From NCBI RefSeq assembly GCF_000022265.1, contig NC_011979.1, positions 540,001-572,000 of the forward strand: a stretch of DNA of 32,000 bases, written 5' to 3'. Shown here piece by piece: positions 19,561 through 25,761 of the stretch. This DNA comes from Geotalea daltonii FRC-32. Lineage in GTDB: Bacteria; Desulfobacterota; Desulfuromonadia; Geobacterales; Geobacteraceae. The notes beneath the pieces are model-generated. The model was given only the letters and a program-made list of their open reading frames with translations, searched no databases and had not been told where the DNA came from. Made by a program: the position numbers and the translations under genes. Position 1 is the first letter of the stretch; every line of letters begins with the position of its first letter.

Positions 19561-19938
19561 ATGAGATTAACAGCAGTTGCATGTGCAACCGTCATCGTGT
19601 GGGCAACACTGGCCTTTGCCGCAGGAGAAAAGAACATCAGCTCGCGGGAGGCTAAAGGGCTGCTGAGTAAAGGGAAAAATGTTTTTCTCCTGGATGTGCG
19701 GACTCCGGACGAGTATCGCCAGGCCCATCTCAGGGGTGCGGTACTGATTCCGGTCAATGAGATAGAGCGGCGCCTTCGCGAGGTGCCGAAGAACAGGCCG
19801 GTGGTAGTTTATTGCGCTGTCGGTTCACGTTCGGGCATGGTTGCAGGATATCTGGCCGGCAAGGGGTACAGTGAGGTCTACAACATGAGCGACGGTATCG
19901 TCGGCTGGTATCGGAGCGGATTTTCCATCGAGCGTTGA
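19561..19938 (+). CDS. Secreted single-domain rhodanese (sulfurtransferase)
   Basis: 125-aa ORF with a GAGGAG RBS and a signal peptide (VIVWATLAFA/AGE). It has the rhodanese core LLDVRTPDEYRQAHLRGA and the active-site loop VVYCAVGSRS. Confidence 0.85.
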   Translation: MRLTAVACATVIVWATLAFAAGEKNISSREAKGLLSKGKNVFLLDVRTPDEYRQAHLRGAVLIPVNEIERRLREVPKNRPVVVYCAVGSRSGMVAGYLAGKGYSEVYNMSDGIVGWYRSGFSIER

Positions 19939-19966
19939 AAATGGAGCTTCAAATCTTGAGGATGCG

Positions 19967-20272
19967 ATGACCGTAGAAGAACAGGCACTGTTGATCAGAA
20001 TACTTGGTCATCCGGTACGGCTCAGGATCGTGACTGAACTGGGGGACCGGTGCGTCTGCGTCAAGGAAATGTGGCAGCATCTCTGTTTGCCCCAGGCAGT
20101 CGTGTCCCAGCATCTGAAGGTTCTGAAGGAGAGCGGAATAGTCACTGCCCGAAGGGAAGGAACAAGGGTCTGCTACTCATTGCAGGCTGAACTGATGGCG
20201 GAGCTGGTTACTGTCCTTTCACCACGAAAGGTGCCAGCTCCCTGTGCATCCGATCCGTCAGGGCGGCAATGA
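19967..20272 (+). CDS. ArsR/SmtB-family winged-helix transcriptional regulator
   Basis: 101-aa ORF with HPVRLRIVTEL, then CVC at residues 29-31 (nt 20051-20059, the ArsR alpha3-site position). The recognition helix is VVSQHLKVLKESGIV and the wing is REGTRVCYSL. Confidence 0.85.
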   Translation: MTVEEQALLIRILGHPVRLRIVTELGDRCVCVKEMWQHLCLPQAVVSQHLKVLKESGIVTARREGTRVCYSLQAELMAELVTVLSPRKVPAPCASDPSGRQ

Positions 20273-21905
20273 CTTTTATCTTTTTCATCATGTCCTCGGC
20301 CAGCATGCTGTTTGCTTCATTGAGCAGTCCGGCCTCTGTCACGTAATTCAACAGGACATCCCCCATCATGATCTGCTGTACAGCCGTTTCCTTGAGCTGC
20401 TTTACCCGGTCGTTATCTTCCATGACGCTTTTCAGATAAAGGCGGTTGCCCCGTGACTGTTCCTGAGTCGAGTTGGAGATAAGAGCGGAGAAGGAGCGCA
20501 TCTTATCAAGGGCCTTGACGATCAGCCCGATTCCCCGTTTTTGCTCATGGATGGCACCGGTAAATTGTTTGACCCGGTCCAGATTTTTTTCAGCTTCTTC
20601 CGTAATCATTTTGCTGGCGGCAGCCTGCTCGACGGTGGACGTGGCAATTTTCTGCACCATCTGCGATGCTTCTGCTGTCCCCTGGGCAATCTTTTCCAAG
20701 GCAGTGTTGGCAATGGCAGAAATCTTCACCCCATCCCTGATCCTGTCTTTCTCTTGGGAAATGGTTCTCTGTACCTCAGCAGTTTCCTTCTGAATACTGG
20801 CTACCAATTCCTGGATTTCCTTTGCCGAAAGGGAGGTTCTCTTGGCCAAGGACCTTACCTCTTCGGCGACCACACTGAAAGATTTGCCCTGTTCCCCGGC
20901 CTGGGCAGCAATTATGGATGCATTGAGGGAGAGGAGATTAGTCTGATCAACCACTTCCTTGATGACGTTGAGAAATTCGCCGACCCTTGCTGAATGCACC
21001 GAAAGCCGGTTGATGGCGGCAAATGAGTCGGCGTTGGTCTTTTCTATCTCCCTCATGGCTTTGAGGGTGGCGGTCATGGATTGCATGCCTTCCGTGGCTT
21101 TTTTCCGCATGTCTTCAGCGCACTCACTGGTCCTTTGTGCATTGTCCCGAACATTGTTGTTAACGGCGCTTATCTCACTGATGGAACTGGAGGTCTGCTC
21201 GGTGGAAAGGGCCAGTGCCTCTACGTTGGTAGCCGTTTCATTTATGCTTGAGGCCATCTCCTCGATGGAGGCGGAAGTCTCCAGCACCGATGCCGTAAAG
21301 TCCTTGATATTGCCGGCGATCATATCGGTTGTTGCACTCATTTCGGCAGTGATGGAAGCCCGATCGTCCGTCCTCCGGGAAATATCCTCGATCTCCAGCA
21401 ACAGGTCATTAAAGAAGCCGTTCATGTCACGGACGGCCTGCAGGGTCTCCTTTTCCTTGGCGACCTGCTTTTCACCGCTTTGAACAATCTCCTTCGACTG
21501 GTCGCCTATCCCAAGGTGATAGGAATTGATGTCCAGGGAAAGCGCGGCAACATTTTCCACCATCTTCAGTACCTTGCCGAGAAGGAGGTCATGGCACTCC
21601 AGGAGCAATTTCAGCTCGTCTCCCCCTTTACCGATTCTTTCCATTTCCTCTTGCCCGGCAATGGCACTAAGCGTGCGCCACTGGTTCTCCACATGGATCT
21701 TCATCACCTGCTTGATAATGTAATAGCAGAACGTCCCCACGGCAATACCGGCCAACATGCAGCCGATGACGTACATGGGGGTGAATGCCCCTTTGCCGAA
21801 GAAAAGCCAGGAATAAAACGGAAAAACGATCCCCATGAACAGGCCGAAGCAGAGCATGAAGATGCAGGTGCTTTTCATCGAGGAAAGGTATTTTTTAAAG
21901 AACAT
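20208..21905 (-). CDS. Methyl-accepting chemotaxis protein with a 2-TM hairpin (no periplasmic sensor domain), a HAMP-like segment and a signalling domain
   Basis: 565-aa ORF with two TM helices separated by about 6 residues and the HAMP-like string GGDELKLLLECHDLLLGKV. The MCP signalling hairpin reads QTNLLSLNASIIAAQAGEQGKSFSVVAEEVRSLAKRT. Confidence 0.9.
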   Translation of the reverse strand: MFFKKYLSSMKSTCIFMLCFGLFMGIVFPFYSWLFFGKGAFTPMYVIGCMLAGIAVGTFCYYIIKQVMKIHVENQWRTLSAIAGQEEMERIGKGGDELKLLLECHDLLLGKVLKMVENVAALSLDINSYHLGIGDQSKEIVQSGEKQVAKEKETLQAVRDMNGFFNDLLLEIEDISRRTDDRASITAEMSATTDMIAGNIKDFTASVLETSASIEEMASSINETATNVEALALSTEQTSSSISEISAVNNNVRDNAQRTSECAEDMRKKATEGMQSMTATLKAMREIEKTNADSFAAINRLSVHSARVGEFLNVIKEVVDQTNLLSLNASIIAAQAGEQGKSFSVVAEEVRSLAKRTSLSAKEIQELVASIQKETAEVQRTISQEKDRIRDGVKISAIANTALEKIAQGTAEASQMVQKIATSTVEQAAASKMITEEAEKNLDRVKQFTGAIHEQKRGIGLIVKALDKMRSFSALISNSTQEQSRGNRLYLKSVMEDNDRVKQLKETAVQQIMMGDVLLNYVTEAGLLNEANSMLAEDMMKKIKVIAALTDRMHRELAPFVVKGQ

Positions 21906-22084
21906 AAATGCCCACCATGTAAGGGTTTTTTTATATCAAAAGCAAGAATGATACCTATCATGGGGAGGAATAGCTGTCAAACGAAATAGCGTTCTTTGCC
22001 ATTGGAGAATGACAGGTCTAGAACTGGCGGCAGTCCGCTATTAATTTATTCAAGCTCTCCTCTCAAATCCCGATAAGCATAATC

Positions 22085-23137
22085 ATGAAAAAGACGGCAG
22101 CGCACCAAAAAACGGCACCGGATATGGCCTCGGTCGCAGAAAGCATCATCGCCAGCCAGAGCACCGGCATCATCTATCTGGACGGCGACGGCAGGATAGC
22201 CCTGATCAATGCCAGGGCAGAGTCAATGTTGCATACTTCTGCCGGTGATGTCACAGGCAAAAGGGTGGACATGTTGCCTCTACGGACACCTGTCTACAGG
22301 GTACTGAGCGAAAATTGCCGTGAGATGCCGGTGGAGGTGAGTGTCAACGGTGCCGTATTGACCGCCAGATCAGCGGAGGTGCGAATTCCCTCCGGAGAGT
22401 CGTCGGGAGAAATATACGAACTGCTTGATGTGACAGAAGAAAAGAAGGAAAAGAGGCATCGGGAAGAAATCGTTGCCATGATGACCCATGACCTGAAATC
22501 TCCTTTGACCGTACTGATGGGCTATGTACAGGCCTTGAGAAACGAAGATGGGACAAAGGTGCATGTCTCGCTTCTGCCGTGTCTGGATGAAATGGACCGA
22601 AGCGCACTGAAACTATTGGCCATGATCGAGGACGTGCTGGATGCATACCGTCTGGAAGTGGGGCTGCTGCAGACTACGTGTAGCTGGTGCGATCTTTCCG
22701 CCATACTGGAGGCGTGCTGCCATGATATGGCCCGTGAGGCTTCGTCACGGGGGGTACGATTAAACCACAATATCGAAAGTGGTATTCCTGCGATGAATGT
22801 GGATGGTAATCAGCTTTCCCGTGTCTTCGCAAATATCATCGGCAATGCGGTCAAATTTACCCCCCGCAAGGGTCAGGTGACGGTCAATGCATGGCTGGGG
22901 GATGAAAAGCTGCATGTAGCGGTAACGGACACAGGGATAGGCATTCCCCAGAAAGACCTGCCCCGCATCTTCAACAAGTACTTTCGTTCCAAAGGCGCCA
23001 ATGGCTTCAGGGGGACAGGTCTTGGCCTGACCATCAGCAAGGCCATCGTCGAGGCCCATGGCGGGGCCATCGCCGTTGAGAGTGCCGTTGGCGAGGGGAG
23101 CTGCTTTACCATCGTCATTCCTTGCAGCGCTGCCTAA
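22085..23137 (+). CDS. Soluble PAS-domain sensor histidine kinase
   Basis: 350-aa ORF with a PAS-like N-terminus (GIIYLDGDGRIALINARAESML). It has the H-box MTHDLKSPLTV, N-box IGNAVKFT, G1 DTGIGI and G2 GTGLGLTISK. No TM segment. The start codon lacks an obvious RBS, so the start is uncertain; an alternative is ATG 22124. Confidence 0.85.
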   Translation: MKKTAAHQKTAPDMASVAESIIASQSTGIIYLDGDGRIALINARAESMLHTSAGDVTGKRVDMLPLRTPVYRVLSENCREMPVEVSVNGAVLTARSAEVRIPSGESSGEIYELLDVTEEKKEKRHREEIVAMMTHDLKSPLTVLMGYVQALRNEDGTKVHVSLLPCLDEMDRSALKLLAMIEDVLDAYRLEVGLLQTTCSWCDLSAILEACCHDMAREASSRGVRLNHNIESGIPAMNVDGNQLSRVFANIIGNAVKFTPRKGQVTVNAWLGDEKLHVAVTDTGIGIPQKDLPRIFNKYFRSKGANGFRGTGLGLTISKAIVEAHGGAIAVESAVGEGSCFTIVIPCSAA

Positions 23138-23162
23138 AGTTTTTCACTGTGGGCGCCGAATA
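23135..23162 (+). promoter_or_regulatory. Putative sigma28 (FliA)-type promoter upstream of the hemerythrin gene
   Basis: The sequence is TAAAGTTT (23135-23142), a 12-nt spacer, then GCCGAATA (23155-23162). The enterobacterial consensus is TAAAGTTT-N11-GCCGATAA. The -35 matches 8/8, the GCCGA core is present and the spacer is 1 nt long. It sits about 33 nt upstream of ATG 23195. Confidence 0.4.
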
Positions 23163-23194
23163 TAAGAATCATCGACTACTATTTTGGAGGAAAA

Positions 23195-23602
23195 ATGTCT
23201 CTCATCACCTGGAATCAAAGCCTCAGTGTCAATGTAAAGCAGTTCGACGAGCAGCACAAAAAATTGATCGACCTCATCAACAAGCTTCATGACGCCATGA
23301 AAGCGGGCAAGGGAAAGGATGTGCTGGGGGAGATCCTGCAATCACTGGTGGATTACACAAAACAACATTTTGCTGCAGAGGAGGCATTGCTGCAGAAGCA
23401 CGGCTACGGTGACTACGAAAAACACAAAAAAGAGCACAACCTGCTGGTAATGCAGGTGGCTGACATCCAGAAAAAGCTTAAGGAAGGAAGCCCGGTGTTG
23501 ACCCAGACGGTGATGACATTCCTCAAGGACTGGCTTTCCAACCACATCCAGAGAGAGGACCAAAAATACGGTCCCTTCCTTAATGACAAAGGGCTTTCCT
23601 GA
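23195..23602 (+). CDS. Bacteriohemerythrin (single-domain hemerythrin-like protein)
   Basis: 135-aa ORF with a GGAGG RBS. All seven diiron ligand positions are present: H21 (FDEQH), H58/E62 (HFAAE), H77/H81 (HKKEH) and H117/D122 (HIQRED). Confidence 0.9.
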   Translation: MSLITWNQSLSVNVKQFDEQHKKLIDLINKLHDAMKAGKGKDVLGEILQSLVDYTKQHFAAEEALLQKHGYGDYEKHKKEHNLLVMQVADIQKKLKEGSPVLTQTVMTFLKDWLSNHIQREDQKYGPFLNDKGLS

Positions 23603-23680
23603 CGGTAATCGGGGCAGACTTTAAATATTTCAAAAAATTGACAGGCACCCTGAGGGGTATCAGGCAGAGGAGGATGGGTT

Positions 23681-24043
23681 ATGGCAAATGTATTGATTGT
23701 GGACGATTCTTCAACAATGAGAAAGATAATCTCCCGCTCGTTGCGGCAGGCAGGTCTGGTCGTCGATGACATTTTCGAGGCGGGCGACGGCATCGAAGGG
23801 CTCAGCGTGCTGGGAGAGAAAAAGGTCGATCTGATTCTCTCCGACATCAACATGCCCAACATGGATGGCCTCGAGTTCATCAAACAGGTGCGGGCAAGCG
23901 GCAAGCAAATACCGATTGTCATGATCACCACCGAGGGGGGAGAGGATGTGCTGAAAGATGCCATGTCCAGCGGCGCCAGCGACAGCATCAAGAAGCCGTT
24001 CACTCCGGAACAGCTCAACGAAAAGTTGGGAGGTCTGCTGTGA
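23681..24043 (+). CDS. cheY: CheY-like single-domain response regulator
   Basis: 120-aa ORF with a GAGGAGG RBS. Canonical receiver residues are present: DD (VDDSS), phospho-Asp (LILSDINMPNMDG), T (VMITTEG) and K (IKKPF). Confidence 0.9.
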   Translation: MANVLIVDDSSTMRKIISRSLRQAGLVVDDIFEAGDGIEGLSVLGEKKVDLILSDINMPNMDGLEFIKQVRASGKQIPIVMITTEGGEDVLKDAMSSGASDSIKKPFTPEQLNEKLGGLL

Positions 24044-24549
24044 TGACACTCAATAGCGCTGTTTCAAAGGCAGTCAACATGCAGGAAGAAGATCTGGCCG
24101 GATATGTCATCCATGCCACCAAGGAAGTGTTCAATACCATGGTCATGCTTGACCTGGAGGATTCTTACCCTCTGCGGGAGCCGGTTACCACCTTCCATTG
24201 CAGCGTAACCGGCATGGTCGGCCTGGCCGGCACCTATACCGGCATCCTTTCCATCCATTGCCCGAAGACCTTTGCCTTGCGCATCACCTCCAACATGCTG
24301 GGGATGGATGTGGCGGATGTGGGAGAGGATGTGAACGATGCCCTGGGAGAGATTGCCAATATGCTGGGGGGGTATGTGAAGCAGATCCTATCCAAGGGTG
24401 GGCTTGATATCAATCTTTCCATTCCGACCGTGATTTCAGGCGAAGAATATACCGTCAATTCCATGTCCGATGATAATTGTGTCATCATTCCCTTCACCAA
24501 TGAAGGGGAGCGGTTTCTGGTGGCGTTGAAGCTGCGCAAGGAAGGTTAA
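24040..24549 (+). CDS. cheX: CheX-type CheY-P phosphatase
   Basis: About 168-aa ORF. GTG 24040 or ATG 24043 overlaps the cheY stop, and GGGAGG lies 9 nt before the ATG. It has the single CheC/CheX active-site motif DALGEIAN (DxxxExxN) followed by ...SIPTV. Confidence 0.75.
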   Translation: MMTLNSAVSKAVNMQEEDLAGYVIHATKEVFNTMVMLDLEDSYPLREPVTTFHCSVTGMVGLAGTYTGILSIHCPKTFALRITSNMLGMDVADVGEDVNDALGEIANMLGGYVKQILSKGGLDINLSIPTVISGEEYTVNSMSDDNCVIIPFTNEGERFLVALKLRKEG

Positions 24550-24565
24550 GGCACAGGGATTTACT

Positions 24566-25597
24566 ATGGCAGGATTCGAAAAATTGCAGGAGATGCTCGA
24601 TGCCGCGCTGAAACAGGCGGGGGAAGAGAGCAGCATGCTCCTTGGGGTGACCCTCTCCTCTGGCGATTCCGACATCATAAACACCAACCGCAAAAGTTAC
24701 TTCGCCGATATGGACGATGCGGTTTTTGTTGTTGCGGTCGAATCCAAGGAGGAATATCAGGGTTACTTTTACCTGCTCTTTTCCCTTGGCGATGCCATCG
24801 TCATGAGCAGCATCCTTTTAGGCATTCCGGCTCCACGCATTGCGGAAAAACGCAGGCTGCGCATCATGGAGGCAGACGACATCGATGCTTTCGGTGAAAT
24901 TGCCAATCAGATCATCGGCTCGTTCAACTCTGTTTTTCAGCCGAAATTGCCCCAGAAGGTGCACCTGAAACTGCTGCCCCCGCCAAAAAAATATATTCCG
25001 GAGATAGATCAGCTCACGGATGCCGAGCCGCTGCCCGAAGGTGACTATCTTATGTATCGGGCGCCCCTTGAGATAGAAGGACAGGAGATGCACTATCTGG
25101 ATATCATGGTGCCTCCAGAACTGGCCAATCTCTTTGATCCGCAACAGGAAGAAAAAGCGGCGGCAGCTTCGCCGGAGGCCGCCACCAAGGCAGAAGCCGG
25201 CGATGCCGATACCGAAAGTGCCCCCCGTACCCAGTCCATCCTTATTCTTTGTGAGGATGTCGACGAGCGGCAGACGGTCAGGGAGTACCTGGCCGCCACC
25301 GGCTTTGATCTGGTGGATGCCCCTCTGGGTGCCGATCTCCATGAGCTGCTCAAGGAAACCGAGGTCAGGGTGGCGGTAATCGAGGTGAATGAAACGGGAG
25401 AACGTGACCTGGCGGTATGCAACAGGGTGTGTGCCCAGAGCAGCAAGGCTTCCCTTCCCATCATCATGTGTGCCGGACAATGGACCAGGACAGCGGTGCT
25501 CAAGGCACTTACCTACGGGGCCAGCGACATCCTCATGAAGCCTTTCGATGCCGATGAACTGATGGCCAAGGTACAGAAGTACCTGCATGCCGCGTGA
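24566..25597 (+). CDS. CheC/CheX-like domain fused through an acidic/Ala-rich linker to a degenerate receiver (pseudo-REC) domain
   Basis: 343-aa ORF. The N-terminal half has DAFGEIAN (DxxxExxN, residues 107-114). The linker is QQEEKAAAASPEAATKAEAGDAD. The C-terminal half has a receiver fold with ED at the acidic pair, Glu273 (nt 25382-25384) at the phospho-Asp position, Cys302 at the T/S position and Lys325 conserved (LMKPF). Confidence 0.7.
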   Translation: MAGFEKLQEMLDAALKQAGEESSMLLGVTLSSGDSDIINTNRKSYFADMDDAVFVVAVESKEEYQGYFYLLFSLGDAIVMSSILLGIPAPRIAEKRRLRIMEADDIDAFGEIANQIIGSFNSVFQPKLPQKVHLKLLPPPKKYIPEIDQLTDAEPLPEGDYLMYRAPLEIEGQEMHYLDIMVPPELANLFDPQQEEKAAAASPEAATKAEAGDADTESAPRTQSILILCEDVDERQTVREYLAATGFDLVDAPLGADLHELLKETEVRVAVIEVNETGERDLAVCNRVCAQSSKASLPIIMCAGQWTRTAVLKALTYGASDILMKPFDADELMAKVQKYLHAA

Positions 25598-25761
25598 AAC
25601 GCGTCAATAAATATTCAGCAATCATTGTTTTTTTTGACCCCTTGTCTCTGCCATTTACCTTAAGCCCCTCCAGGCCTGCTGCCAGCAAGCATTTCGCTGA
25701 CGGCACGCCTTTTGCCATAGTTGGCTGTCGATCATTCTCCAATACCGGATAACCACTACCG

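Noticed and set aside
22069-22076. CCCGATAA, resembling a sigma28 -10 element, just upstream of the histidine kinase ATG.
   Set aside because: No TAAA-type -35 lies at the right distance. The element ends only 8 nt before the ATG, so a transcript would be essentially leaderless. The evidence is too weak to call.
25588-25640. A CGCGT-gaa-ACGCG mini-hairpin at the stop codon of the fusion gene, and a T8 run at about 25630-25637, considered as a possible terminator.
   Set aside because: The 5-bp stem with a 3-nt loop is not adjacent to the T-run, and the sequence directly before the T8 forms only a 3-bp stem. This is not a convincing intrinsic terminator.
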